Assembly (NCBI GenBank): GCA_934149405.1
Contig: CAKPEV010000002.1
Location: 6,073 to 70,072, forward strand
Length of the DNA stretch: 64,000 nt
Direction of reading: 5' to 3'
Origin: an uncultured Clostridia bacterium
GTDB lineage: Bacteria > Bacillota > Clostridia > TANB77 > UBA1234
A program made the position numbers and the translations under genes. Position 1 is the first letter of the stretch. Each line of letters opens with the position of its first letter. The notes beneath the pieces were generated by a model, which did no database searches, had not been told where the DNA came from, and was given only the letters and a program-made list of their open reading frames with translations. Below are positions 1-10,542 of this stretch, one piece after another.

Positions 1-3000
1 TTTTATGACAGCATTACTATAAACAGCTTCATATGTCAATTCAAACAAGTTAGGTGATTCTAGCGCTCCTACAGGTATTTCTTTTATCTTTGACTCCTCC
101 GGATTAATCTTTACAAACTTAAATAATCTAGATTGATCATCTGTCATTTTTTCATTTATATCAGGAGTATATTCGCTTCCAAGTTGAGCTTTTACTATAA
201 CGTCTTTTACTATTTGTTTACCTTGCAAGTTCACAAATCTCAATACCGTATCTACTTTTAATGGTATATATATTACTTCTATAATGTTTAAAGATTCGTC
301 TTCTTTTACTTCGAGACTATTTGTGCTCTTTGCTTTATATTCCCAAACTCTTCCCTGGTAATCTTCTATGATATTTTCTACTTCCGGACTATATGAACTA
401 CCAATTTGAACAAGCTTTCTCTTTGGCGAACGTAGTCTGTTTCCGTATTCGTCATGATATTTATATGTTACCAAAGCTTTTTCTTCTTCATATGCTAGTA
501 CAATTACATTTTCTTTTTCATCGTGACCAACTTTTATACTTGGCTTACTGTTTGGATTATAAACCCATTTCACATTTTGATTATCTACTATTGTATCTAT
601 GATTTCAGCCTCGTATATACTTCCTATTTGTGCTTCCACAACTTTATCTTGTTTTACTGGTCTGCCTAATGGTTCTTGATATTTTATTACAACCTCTATT
701 AGTGATGGTCTATATTTCAAATCTATATAATTTTTCTTTTCGTCTCTTTCAACATATACAGACTCATTTTTTGATTTAAAGTTTCCAAATATTTTAGTTT
801 CTTCTGCTAGTCCGTACAACCATTCTTTGTCTTCTTTGTCTATAATTGTGTTTTCTATCTTAGGTTTGAATGTTGTTCCGACTTGTTCTTTATATATAGT
901 TTCATCTATGATATCATTGCCATTTTCTTCTTTATATCTGACTGCAACATTTACTTTTAATGGTTCATATTTTATATTAATAACATTTTGGTTTTCTTCT
1001 CTTTTTATTTTTAATTTTTCATCATATGAATCTGGCAATTTCCAACCAAGTTTTGTTTTTTCGTCTATTATTTCTTTCACCGGATTTGGTCTATAAACAC
1101 TTCCTATTTGTGCTTTTTCAATTGTATCTTTCTTTATTCCTTCATTTAATATACTGAAATATTTTAATGTTACGCCAACCATTTCTTTGCTATACCAGAT
1201 CTTAACTATATTTTGTTCTTGGTTCTCATTCGTTATTATCTTTTCCTTATCTACACGATTTAAGACCCATGCTTTTTCTTCTTCATCAATATAATTGTTT
1301 TCATACGGTATAACAAATATCTCCCCAACTTGTTTTGAAAATACATTTTCTTTTGCTATTAAACTTCCTTCTTCATCAACTAAATGTACTTTTATATCAC
1401 TCATCAATTTTGTGAATGTGATTTTTATTTCATTTTCTTTTTCATTTTCTTTAACAATTATCTTTTCAGCGGATACTTTATTGTATACCCATATTTTATT
1501 TTCTTTATCTGTTAGTCTCTCTATTTTTTCTGGCACAAACGTTTTACCAGCTTGTAGCTTTATCACTTTTTCTTCTACAATATCTTCATCGTTTTCATTC
1601 ACAAATCTCATGTGTATATTAGAGATCAATGGTTCATATGTTGCTACTGCATTATTTTCTTTTTCTTCAACATATTTATTATCTATTTTTATCGAGCGAT
1701 ATTTCCAAACAAGTCCAATATCATCTGCAAATTTAAGGATTGGATCTATTCTTATTTCTTTTCCTATTTGCACATCTTTTACAGAGTCTTCTCTTATTTT
1801 TTGATTATCTTGATTTTGATATTTTAACCTAACTTTTGATGTATCTTGTTCGTAATTCAACACTATTATATTTTCTTGCTCATTTTCTTTTGTTACTATT
1901 GATATGTTTTCATCACCTATATATTTCCAACGCCATTTATTTGAATCTAACACTTTGTTTTGTATGTTAGGAATGTATATTCCTCCAAGACGCACCGTTG
2001 TTATAATATTATCTATTATAGGTTTACCTGATTTTATATCTATGTGTTTTACCAACACTTTTGCTTTAACTTCACCATATATCAATTTTATATAGTTGTT
2101 ATTCTCTTTTACGATTAGGTTTTTAGGCTCACTAGATTCTATCATCCAACGTTGACCCTTGTCATCGGTTATTCTTTCAAATATTTTAGTTTCTAACTTG
2201 GCACCTATTTGCCAATCTACATCTTGATCTGCCTTTAATTTGTTATTATAAGCATCATAAAAAGCTAAAGTGACTTTCGCATTTTCCTTGTCATAATATA
2301 TTGAGAATACATTTTCTTCTTCATATCTCTTGGCAACAAATTCTTCTATCTTGTCTAAATCTATTCTCCATCGCTTGCCATCATTTGATGTGAATTTTTC
2401 TATTGGTCTATCTTTATACGTTGAACCAACTTGCATTGTTTTCTTCTTCGGCTCCATTAATTCATTTGATTCTGAATCCATATATTTTATTGTGATTGTT
2501 GTCATTAATGGTTCATATTTTAAAATTATAACATTTTCAACTTCTAGACTTTTTACAACGATTTTTCCTCCATTGTCAACGCATTTCCACATCTTTTGAT
2601 AATTATCTGTAATTTCATCTAAACTTTCTGAGTTAAACATCTCACCAACTTGTGCACTTTCTATTTTGTCACTTTTAATTGGTCTATTTTCCAAGTTCAT
2701 AAATTTAATTGTGATATTTGCCAAAATAGGTTTATATATTGCTTCTAAAATATTATTTTCTTTTTCTGGCTTTACTACTATTTCTTTATTTTTTTGTTCA
2801 GTCTTAATCTTCCATTCTCTACATTGATAATCTGTAAGTTCATCATCAAAACTGTACGAAAAACTTTTCCCTATTTGCACTAATTCTATTTTATCATCAG
2901 CTAGCTTTATGCCAGATTCATTTTTCATTGTTATTGTTACTGGCACTTTTGCTTCTGTATAGTACAAATCCACTTCATTTAGCACATTTGGTTTTGCTAA

Positions 3001-5178
3001 AATATTTATATCTGTCCCTTCTACATAGTTCCAGCCTAAGCCTTCCTTACTAAGCAAATATTTTGGAACATCTATTAAATACTTTTTGTTAGCAGCCACT
3101 GTACTTCTTTTGCTTTCAGCAAGTTCTTCGTTTGTATTTTTATTTAAATATCTAATTAATATATCTGTTCTTTCAATATCATACACCAATATAACTTTGT
3201 TTTTATCTTCACTATCTTTGGCTATAAGTTTTGAAGGTCTTGAAAATTTCAAGTGCCATTCGTCTTTGTCATTTGCTATTATTGTTTTTTTGCTTTCAAA
3301 ATCATATGTTTCTCCAACCTGAATTATTTCCTGTTTATCATCAGCAATTTTTTTGCCTTCTCTGTTTATAAATGAAAAATGTACTCTCGTAAATCTTTCA
3401 ACATATTTAAGAGTTATTATATTTAAATTTGGATCATTATTAACTATTAAAGGATCCACCCTTACTTGTTCGGCTCTCCACTCTTTTCCGTTAACATCGT
3501 TTATTATCGGAATTATTTCCGGTGTAAAATTTGAATTAGGAAATAGGTTTCCTATCTTGTTTTCTTTTAATATTTCGTTTTTTGAATTAACGTATCGCAC
3601 TGTCACATATGTAGAACCCGGAAGCGATGTTCCACCTTCAATGTATCCGCTATCTTTTTTAGATTCGAACCCATAAGATGTTTCTTTCATAGATTCTAAT
3701 GTAAAATTCAAGCTAGTTCCGTTATACATGCATACTGATGTGCTTGGTTCTTTCGGTATATATACATACACTTCAACACTAGGGATTGGCAACTTGTCTG
3801 TTTCTGCTTCGTCCGTATCATGATATAGATATGCAAGTAGATTTGGAACTCGTCCAGCATCTATAAAGGTTTCTTTTCTTATTATTGCTGTTGGAGCATT
3901 AACATTAAAATCTGCAATAGATTGACGCTTTACACTTTCTCCTTTTTCGTCTGTGTATTCTAGCTTCGTTCCAATTCTAGTCAAATCTTCTATTATGTTT
4001 TCTGATATTTTATATTTATAATCTCTACCTAAATTGTCTTCCAATGATATATATAATTTTTCTTCAAATTCTTTTGGATCAGATAAGAATTTATATCTAT
4101 AAGCTATCGGAATTATTACATCATCTTGTTCTAATCCTTCTCTTATTACACTTGTTGTTGGATTAACCAATTCAATATTTAAAGATTTTATTACCTCGTT
4201 TATGTATCCACTATAATCTTCTGCAACATGTTCTGTTCTTCTTAATGATTTTGCCACATCATCAATTATCATTTTTACTTCTACAGAATTCTTTTTCATT
4301 TCTGAATAAGATGTGTACTCATATTGTTTATTGGCTGTAAATATAGATATTTCTTCTTGCCTTTTTCCATTATCTAATAACCAATAATACGATATTCCAT
4401 TTAACGAAAAATCTGTTTTTATTGGTATTTCATCAAGTCGTATATATGGGTCATTACTACAAATTCCTGCTATTACACCGCTACCTAATCTCCTTAGGTT
4501 TGGCTCTCTTTCGTATATCTCTATTCTATTAGTTCTATTATTTATAAATCTCAATGAATATGTTGTTATATTTTCAGCATACTTATCCGGGTCATCATAC
4601 ATTTTCAATCTTGGATTTATATTTTTTACAATCATTTCATCTATTACAAAATCTGAAATTAACATCGTTAAAATTTCTTCTGTTTTTTGTGTTTGTAATC
4701 TTCTGTTTCTATCGAATGCATCTTTATATTCTAGAGTTACACCATCTCTTTCTTTTTTGTAGACATCTTCATATGTTCTACCATCATTTATCGCCTGTGT
4801 TCTTTGATTTGGCGAATATATATATATTTTAACTCTGAAATCATTAGACACAGTTATAACAGCGCTTCTCTTCGAAAGAGAATAATCAGCAACTGCAAAT
4901 TTTGTTCTAAAAGCAGTTTCAGCAGACGCAGTGTGTATATCTCCCTCTAGTACATCGCTGTAAATGTAGCTATTATTTATATTCAAAAAAGCTCTAATGA
5001 TTTCAACACATGGTTCTTCGTACTGATAAACATCAATATACTTTGAATAATCATCTACATCATTCAATTTGTTTTCTATCAATGATATATCCATTTTAGA
5101 AATTGCAGTATTTCTAACACTTTCGTTATAACCCAATGTTTCCAATTTTTCATTTAGAGCTTTTACTAGCGTATTCAT
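1..5178 (-). CDS. Very large repetitive protein, partial (about 1725 aa in the window; continues beyond position 1). Unique N-terminal region of about 700 aa, then at least 10 tandem modules of about 85-90 aa sharing a Q-x-G-x-x-Y ... W ... N-I-I-x-x-x-Y-E-P-L pattern (MucBP/Ig-like?). No signal peptide.
   Basis: No minus-strand ORF is listed for 1-5356, and every plus-strand ORF there is a low-complexity antisense artefact. My hand translation of the minus strand from ATG 5178 (RBS AGAGGTGA 5 nt upstream) stays open to the window edge, and the repeat periodicity is visible in that translation. Confidence 0.55.
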   Translation of the reverse strand, partial: MNTLVKALNEKLETLGYNESVRNTAISKMDISLIENKLNDVDDYSKYIDVYQYEEPCVEIIRAFLNINNSYIYSDVLEGDIHTASAETAFRTKFAVADYSLSKRSAVITVSNDFRVKIYIYSPNQRTQAINDGRTYEDVYKKERDGVTLEYKDAFDRNRRLQTQKTEEILTMLISDFVIDEMIVKNINPRLKMYDDPDKYAENITTYSLRFINNRTNRIEIYEREPNLRRLGSGVIAGICSNDPYIRLDEIPIKTDFSLNGISYYWLLDNGKRQEEISIFTANKQYEYTSYSEMKKNSVEVKMIIDDVAKSLRRTEHVAEDYSGYINEVIKSLNIELVNPTTSVIREGLEQDDVIIPIAYRYKFLSDPKEFEEKLYISLEDNLGRDYKYKISENIIEDLTRIGTKLEYTDEKGESVKRQSIADFNVNAPTAIIRKETFIDAGRVPNLLAYLYHDTDEAETDKLPIPSVEVYVYIPKEPSTSVCMYNGTSLNFTLESMKETSYGFESKKDSGYIEGGTSLPGSTYVTVRYVNSKNEILKENKIGNLFPNSNFTPEIIPIINDVNGKEWRAEQVRVDPLIVNNDPNLNIITLKYVERFTRVHFSFINREGKKIADDKQEIIQVGETYDFESKKTIIANDKDEWHLKFSRPSKLIAKDSEDKNKVILVYDIERTDILIRYLNKNTNEELAESKRSTVAANKKYLIDVPKYLLSKEGLGWNYVEGTDINILAKPNVLNEVDLYYTEAKVPVTITMKNESGIKLADDKIELVQIGKSFSYSFDDELTDYQCREWKIKTEQKNKEIVVKPEKENNILEAIYKPILANITIKFMNLENRPIKSDKIESAQVGEMFNSESLDEITDNYQKMWKCVDNGGKIVVKSLEVENVIILKYEPLMTTITIKYMDSESNELMEPKKKTMQVGSTYKDRPIEKFTSNDGKRWRIDLDKIEEFVAKRYEEENVFSIYYDKENAKVTLAFYDAYNNKLKADQDVDWQIGAKLETKIFERITDDKGQRWMIESSEPKNLIVKENNNYIKLIYGEVKAKVLVKHIDIKSGKPIIDNIITTVRLGGIYIPNIQNKVLDSNKWRWKYIGDENISIVTKENEQENIIVLNYEQDTSKVRLKYQNQDNQKIREDSVKDVQIGKEIRIDPILKFADDIGLVWKYRSIKIDNKYVEEKENNAVATYEPLISNIHMRFVNENDEDIVEEKVIKLQAGKTFVPEKIERLTDKENKIWVYNKVSAEKIIVKENEKENEIKITFTKLMSDIKVHLVDEEGSLIAKENVFSKQVGEIFVIPYENNYIDEEEKAWVLNRVDKEKIITNENQEQNIVKIWYSKEMVGVTLKYFSILNEGIKKDTIEKAQIGSVYRPNPVKEIIDEKTKLGWKLPDSYDEKLKIKREENQNVINIKYEPLKVNVAVRYKEENGNDIIDETIYKEQVGTTFKPKIENTIIDKEDKEWLYGLAEETKIFGNFKSKNESVYVERDEKKNYIDLKYRPSLIEVVIKYQEPLGRPVKQDKVVEAQIGSIYEAEIIDTIVDNQNVKWVYNPNSKPSIKVGHDEKENVIVLAYEEEKALVTYKYHDEYGNRLRSPKRKLVQIGSSYSPEVENIIEDYQGRVWEYKAKSTNSLEVKEDESLNIIEVIYIPLKVDTVLRFVNLQGKQIVKDVIVKAQLGSEYTPDINEKMTDDQSRLFKFVKINPEESKIKEIPVGALESPNLFELTYEAVYSNAVIK

Positions 5179-5356
5179 ATTTTCACCTCTTAAATTTTTA
5201 TCTTACGTACCTACTAAACATATATAATTTATTATATAATAATCAAAAAATTTTTCAATAGTTTTCGTTCAAAACAAGCGCCTCTTTTCGACTTTAACTT
5301 TTGCCTAAATATAAAAAACATCGTTCATGTATTTATACATTGAACGATGTTTTTTC

Positions 5357-6907
5357 TTATTCCATTTCTCCTATTTCATTTGCTTCTTTAGTGTTTCTAG
5401 AAGCTTCTGGTCTAATCATTTCTGCCTTTTCTCTTATTTTATCTGTTGCATTTATAATGCCATCAGCAAGACCATTTCTCATCTCGTTAACTTTGTTTTG
5501 AACATGTTCTGTACCCATTCTGTAAGCTGCATTTGCTTTATCCGCCAAACTTATAGCTCCATACGCAACACCACCAGCAACTCCAACTGCTACATCTCTT
5601 GCGCCATATGCCACTTCAACAGCTTTATCTTTTACTACTGTTGCTCCGTGTACTACTGCATATCTTGTGCCTGTCGCTATGTCTACAGCTTTGTCTTTCA
5701 CTACTGTTGCTCCATGTACTACTGCATCTTTTGTACCTGTCGCTATGTCTACAGCTTTGTCTTTCACTACTGTTGCTCCATGTACTACTGCATCTTTTGT
5801 ACCTGTCGCTATGTCTACAGCTTTGTCTTTCACTACTGTTGCTCCATGTACTACTGCATCTCTTGTGCCTGTCGCTATGTCTACGGCTTTGTCTTTCACT
5901 ACTGTTGCTCCATATTCTATAGCTTCTTTTGCTCCAAGTAGAGTTTCAACAGTTACATCTTTTGCAATCCACAAGGCATCTCTGCTTTTTCCAGTAATTT
6001 CTTTTACTTTATCTTCAAACTTCTCCCTCGCATTCTTCATTTTTTCAGGAACTTGGTTTGCATATGATGTTATTGCATTCATTGCAGGAGTTAAAAATTG
6101 TTCTTGAAACTTCTTTTGTCCATTTATTGATTTCAATAATCTTTTTGAAAAGAATCCTCTTACTTTATCTAAAAGATTATTGCCTTTTACTAGTGCTAGC
6201 TCTTGTTTTTTAACCTTTGCTGCATCTTTACATTCTTTTTCAAAATTCTTTTCCATTTTTTCTGATAGTTCTTCTAATTTTTCTACTTTCTCATCAGCTT
6301 TATTATATTCTTCTTGTAATTTTTCCAATGTTTCATCGAACGGAACCAACTTTTGGCTATAGTCCTCTTCCATTTCTTTAATTTCTTTTTCCAAAGATCT
6401 GCATTTTTCCGTATATTCGGCCGCTTTTTCAAAATCATTCTTTTTCGCAGCATTTATCAACTCTTTTTTTGCCTTTTTTAGTTCGTTCTCCTTTGCCTCT
6501 CTTTGTTCTTCTGGTTCCTTTACATTTTCCCTATTCTCATAAACTTCAGATATTTTTTCACTCCATTTATCTCTTTCTGCCTCAGCCTCTGTTCTTTCTT
6601 GTTCATTTGCGACAATTCTCGTTTCATATTCTTTACGTAGCTTTTCTAATGAACTTCTATATTTTTCTTCTATCTGCCTTACTCCGTTCCTTGCATTGTC
6701 ATATTTTTGAGACGCATCTTCCAAGTTAACTCCAAATTCTCTTGCTGTCTCAATACAAGTTTCTTTTAATGTTTTTGCACCATCAATAATATTTTCTTTA
6801 GCTCTTGTACATTCATATGCTACCTTTACTTTCGTATATAGCGTTACCATTTCTTTTAATTCTTTTAATAGACTAGCAATACTTTTTTGATTTCCGTTAT
6901 CTTGCAT
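5357..6907 (-). CDS. Coiled-coil protein (516 aa) with five tandem 22-aa (2x11-mer, amphipathic, LEA/apolipoprotein-like) repeats of sequence GATVVKDKAVDIATGTKDAVVH.
   Basis: ORF track; N-terminal K/E-rich heptad-like sequence; perfect tandem repeats at both protein and DNA level. Confidence 0.6.
   Translation of the reverse strand: MQDNGNQKSIASLLKELKEMVTLYTKVKVAYECTRAKENIIDGAKTLKETCIETAREFGVNLEDASQKYDNARNGVRQIEEKYRSSLEKLRKEYETRIVANEQERTEAEAERDKWSEKISEVYENRENVKEPEEQREAKENELKKAKKELINAAKKNDFEKAAEYTEKCRSLEKEIKEMEEDYSQKLVPFDETLEKLQEEYNKADEKVEKLEELSEKMEKNFEKECKDAAKVKKQELALVKGNNLLDKVRGFFSKRLLKSINGQKKFQEQFLTPAMNAITSYANQVPEKMKNAREKFEDKVKEITGKSRDALWIAKDVTVETLLGAKEAIEYGATVVKDKAVDIATGTRDAVVHGATVVKDKAVDIATGTKDAVVHGATVVKDKAVDIATGTKDAVVHGATVVKDKAVDIATGTRYAVVHGATVVKDKAVEVAYGARDVAVGVAGGVAYGAISLADKANAAYRMGTEHVQNKVNEMRNGLADGIINATDKIREKAEMIRPEASRNTKEANEIGEME
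5623..5925. repeat. Tandem direct repeat, 66-bp unit, about 4.6 copies. Copies 2-4 are identical and the end copies are degenerate.
   Basis: Unit ctttgtctttcactactgttgctccatgtactactgcatcttttgtacctgtcgctatgtctacag repeats at 5689, 5755 and 5821; it lies inside CDS 5357..6907. Confidence 0.85.
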
Positions 6908-7097
6908 CCGTATTCACCTCTTCTTTATCATTTGTTTTATATATGCCGTTCAATATTTCAATTTCTTTCTTTTTCATATTCTTAGCACTACCTATCCTCA
7001 TCATCAGTTCTTTTAATTCGTCAGCATTCATTTCATCTAGATTATACATTCTTCCTTCAAACATCACTATTCCGAATTTTTTATCCATTGTGTTCAC
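6897..7097 (-). CDS. Hypothetical small protein (66 aa); overlaps the downstream coiled-coil gene by 11 nt.
   Basis: ORF track only. Confidence 0.3.
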   Translation of the reverse strand: MNTMDKKFGIVMFEGRMYNLDEMNADELKELMMRIGSAKNMKKKEIEILNGIYKTNDKEEVNTDAR

Positions 7098-7159
7098 CCC
7101 TTTTACTTTATTTTACAATAACGTTTTTTTATTTACAACACTTTTATATTATTATTTTT

Positions 7160-7189
7160 TTGACAGGCTCATTTATGTGTTTTTAGAAT
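7160..7189 (+). promoter_or_regulatory. Candidate sigma-A promoter (TTGACA, 18-nt spacer, TAGAAT) upstream of ORF 7254.
   Basis: Hexamers read directly from the sequence. Confidence 0.3.
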
Positions 7190-7253
7190 AAAATATTTTG
7201 AATAAATATTTCTGTTTTGTTCATACTGTAATTGAATACTTTTGTTATGAGGT

Positions 7254-7847
7254 GTGGCTTTGCAACCAAAAAAAATTATTATTAAAACTTTGTATAAAAA
7301 ATTGAATACTGACTTTTGTAATACTTTAAAAGAATATCCTAGAATTAAATTCTTTAACAAAAAAATAAATGGACAATATGTAACAACGATTAAATGTTCA
7401 AATTACTATAATGATGGTTTGCAAGGAAATAATGTTTATGGTAGCTATGTGTATCTATACACTTCTATATCTTTAATTCTTAGTGAACTAATAATTAAAT
7501 TTTTCGAATCACACTTTATTTCTTTTTTGATTAATGATTATTATTTTTATTTTTCAAATACCGAGAAAAACAGGATTAAAAATATTTCATCTATTATGCT
7601 AGATTTAAACTTTCCATCTGATAGTTCTAGGAAATTATATCTTTACAAAAAAGATTTAATTTTAAGTAGATTGCTTAATAATTTTAGGCACCACAATCAC
7701 CTATCAATTGAAGGTTTTGCCAACTTTAATTTAGACAATTATTTTTCTTTTCTCGATGATGTTATAGAAAAATCTGCACATGTATATTTTTCAAACTCTG
7801 ATCCGGGTCTTTTGATAAATTTTATATTGAATAATTTTTTTAAATGA
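7254..7847 (+). CDS. Hypothetical protein (197 aa, TTG start, RBS GAGGTG).
   Basis: ORF track; no recognisable family. Confidence 0.35.
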   Translation: MALQPKKIIIKTLYKKLNTDFCNTLKEYPRIKFFNKKINGQYVTTIKCSNYYNDGLQGNNVYGSYVYLYTSISLILSELIIKFFESHFISFLINDYYFYFSNTEKNRIKNISSIMLDLNFPSDSSRKLYLYKKDLILSRLLNNFRHHNHLSIEGFANFNLDNYFSFLDDVIEKSAHVYFSNSDPGLLINFILNNFFK

Positions 7848-7897
7848 TATATATTATATTTGAATGTTTTTTATGTTTTACAAAGGAGGAAATTAAA

Positions 7898-10465
7898 GTG
7901 TACTTATTTGGAAAAATAACTGTTAAACCACAGTTGCCAGAAAGAATTTCAGAACTATCTAATTTGGCCACAAATCTATGGTGGTCATGGAATACATATT
8001 CACTTAGACTTTACGATTATATTGATTCTAATTTGTTTGAGAAGGTAAATAAAAATCCTATTAAATTTCTTTCGCTTATCAACCAAGAGCGTTTAGATGA
8101 GGTTGCACACGATGAAGAGTTTTTGAAGGATTACGATATGGTTATAGATAATTTTAAAAATTATCTACATACTGACAATACATATTTCAACAATCATTTT
8201 CCACAAAACAAAAATGATATAATAGCATATTTTTCTGCAGAATTTGGTCTTGATGAAATCTTGCCTATTTACGCCGGAGGTCTTGGTATTTTATCTGGTG
8301 ATCATTGCAAATCTGCAAGTGATTTGGGATTACCATTCGTTCCAGTTGGTCTATTATATAAGCAGGGTTATTTTAATCAATTTATAAACAAAGATGGTAG
8401 CGAACTTTTCGACTACTCACCTAACATCATCGAGGATTTGCCTATCCTTCCTGTTCGTGACGAAAATGGTAATGAACTTATTATTCCAGTTGAATTTCCG
8501 GGAAGAATAATTTATTCAAAGGTATGGTGCATAAACGTTGGACGTGTAAAACTTTATCTTTTAGATACTGATATAGATTTAAACTCTGCTATGGATAGAC
8601 AGCTTACATTAAAGCTTTATGGCGGAAATCAAGAGATGAGAATTTCTCAAGAAATCATTTTAGGTATTGGTGGAATGCATTTGTTAAAGGCATTAAACAT
8701 TCAGCCAACTGTTTATCATATGAATGAAGGACATTCTTCTTTCGTTACATTAGAAGTTATAAAAAATTTCATGAGGGAAAAACATGTATCTTTTGCCGTT
8801 GCTAAAAAAATGGCATCTGCTTGCACAATTTTTACAACACATACACCAGTTCCAGCTGGTAATGATATATTCCCTATTGATTTAATAGATAAATATTTTA
8901 CTAGCTATTGTGCAGATTTAGGAATTAGTCGTCAAGACTTCTTAAATCTTGGTGCCAAAAAAGAAAATTCTTTTAATGATGGCTTCAACATGGCTGTACT
9001 TGCTTTAAAAATTGCAGGTGCTAAAAATGGTGTTAGTAAATTACATGGTGGAGTTTCTAGACAATTATTTGCTGAGCTTTGGCCAAACACTGCAGTTGAA
9101 GAAATCCCTATCACTTACGTTACAAACGGCGTTCATACATGTACATGGCTTGCACCTACTCTTAAAGAATTATACAATGCCTATATGCGTCCTTTCTGGC
9201 AAGAAAAGACTTACGATTTAGAAGTATGGAACGATATTGATAACATTCCCGACAAAGCATTATGGGATGCACATATGGTTCAAAAGAAAAAACTTGTTAA
9301 TCTTGTAAGAAAAAATTTAAGAGCACAAAAAGTTAGAAATGGTGCTCCAATCGATGAAATTAATGATATTGATAAAATGCTTGATCCAAACGCATTAACA
9401 ATTGGTTTTGCTAGAAGATTTGCCACATATAAACGTGCTGATTTAATTTTTAGAGATTTAGAAAGAATAACAAAAATATTAAACGACCCTCAAAGACCAG
9501 TTCAAATTATTTTTGCGGGCAAACCACATCCTGCCGATGTTCAAGGTCAAGAGTTAGTAAAGAAAATTTATGAAATTTCTCAAATGCCTCAATTTAAAGG
9601 CAAAGTATTTATTCTTGAAAATTACAACATGTACGTTGCTAGATATTTAGTAAGTGGTGTTGATGTATGGTTAAATAATCCTCGTCGTCCACTTGAAGCT
9701 AGCGGTACAAGTGGTGAAAAGGCCGGCTTAAATGGTGCCATAAACTTTAGTATTCTTGATGGTTGGTGGTACGAAGGTTATGCTGGAAACAACGGTTGGC
9801 CAATTGGTGATGACACTGAATATACTAATTATGAACTTCAAGACACAGCTGATTCACAAAGCATTTATAACGTACTAGAAAACGAAATTATCCCTCTTTA
9901 TTACGAGAAAGATACTGATGGAGATGGGCTAAATAATAAGTGGATTAAGAGAATGAAAAATTCTATAAAATCTGTTGGTGGCGTTTATAATACAGGTAGA
10001 ATGATTGTAGATTACTTAGATAGATTGTATGTTCCACAAATGAATAGAATCGATGCTATAAAAGATCATCCAGAAAAAGTTGAAGAATACTTGGCATGGG
10101 AAAATGATATACGTAGCAAATGGAGTAATATTAAAATCACTCCTATTGGAAATTTAGATGAGTTGCTTGTTAAAGCTGGTAATCAAATCGATATGTCATG
10201 CAAAGTTTACCTTGGCAACATATCTCCTGACAGTGTTACTGTTGAGGTATACTCTGGAAAGATTGATTCAACCGGAAAAATGAGTGATACTAATTTTAAA
10301 GAGATGAGCTTAGTAAATACTCTTGAAAACGGTGAATATGAATATAAGACTGAAATGGTTATTAATAACGGCGGAAGTTATGGATATACTTTCAGAGTTC
10401 TTCCAAAGCATGATTTATTAATCAATAAGCACGATTTATCTTTATGTTGCTGGTTAATGGGTTAA
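7898..10465 (+). CDS. glgP: Alpha-glucan (glycogen/maltodextrin) phosphorylase, GlgP family with the DUF3417 N-terminus.
   Basis: GTG start with RBS AAGGAGGA; motifs NLWWSWN and the PLP-site region; the ORF 7844..10465 carries a spurious N-terminal extension. Confidence 0.85.
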   Translation: MYLFGKITVKPQLPERISELSNLATNLWWSWNTYSLRLYDYIDSNLFEKVNKNPIKFLSLINQERLDEVAHDEEFLKDYDMVIDNFKNYLHTDNTYFNNHFPQNKNDIIAYFSAEFGLDEILPIYAGGLGILSGDHCKSASDLGLPFVPVGLLYKQGYFNQFINKDGSELFDYSPNIIEDLPILPVRDENGNELIIPVEFPGRIIYSKVWCINVGRVKLYLLDTDIDLNSAMDRQLTLKLYGGNQEMRISQEIILGIGGMHLLKALNIQPTVYHMNEGHSSFVTLEVIKNFMREKHVSFAVAKKMASACTIFTTHTPVPAGNDIFPIDLIDKYFTSYCADLGISRQDFLNLGAKKENSFNDGFNMAVLALKIAGAKNGVSKLHGGVSRQLFAELWPNTAVEEIPITYVTNGVHTCTWLAPTLKELYNAYMRPFWQEKTYDLEVWNDIDNIPDKALWDAHMVQKKKLVNLVRKNLRAQKVRNGAPIDEINDIDKMLDPNALTIGFARRFATYKRADLIFRDLERITKILNDPQRPVQIIFAGKPHPADVQGQELVKKIYEISQMPQFKGKVFILENYNMYVARYLVSGVDVWLNNPRRPLEASGTSGEKAGLNGAINFSILDGWWYEGYAGNNGWPIGDDTEYTNYELQDTADSQSIYNVLENEIIPLYYEKDTDGDGLNNKWIKRMKNSIKSVGGVYNTGRMIVDYLDRLYVPQMNRIDAIKDHPEKVEEYLAWENDIRSKWSNIKITPIGNLDELLVKAGNQIDMSCKVYLGNISPDSVTVEVYSGKIDSTGKMSDTNFKEMSLVNTLENGEYEYKTEMVINNGGSYGYTFRVLPKHDLLINKHDLSLCCWLMG

Positions 10466-10472
10466 TTTTATA

Positions 10473-10508
10473 CGTGAGGCATAAAGGTTTTAATGCCTCA
10501 CGCTTTTA
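10473..10508 (+). terminator. Rho-independent terminator (10-bp stem cgtgaggcat/atgcctcacg followed by a T-tract).
   Basis: Hairpin read from the sequence. Confidence 0.6.
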
Positions 10509-10542
10509 ATGTTTATTATATTTTGAAAGGAATTGGTTTATT

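Noticed and set aside
393-5330. Many plus-strand ORFs (393..602, 827..1096, 1295..1804, 2330..2599, 3086..3676, 4554..4832 and others) with S/F/I/L-rich low-complexity products.
   Set aside because: They are antisense shadows of the single long minus-strand ORF. They have no RBS and no homology, and their composition mirrors an AT-rich coding strand.
5327-6107. Plus-strand Cys/Leu-rich repetitive ORFs (5327..5941, 5599..5922, 5667..6107).
   Set aside because: They arise from reading the 66-bp tandem repeat in the wrong strand and frames. The minus-strand 516-aa protein is the coherent gene.
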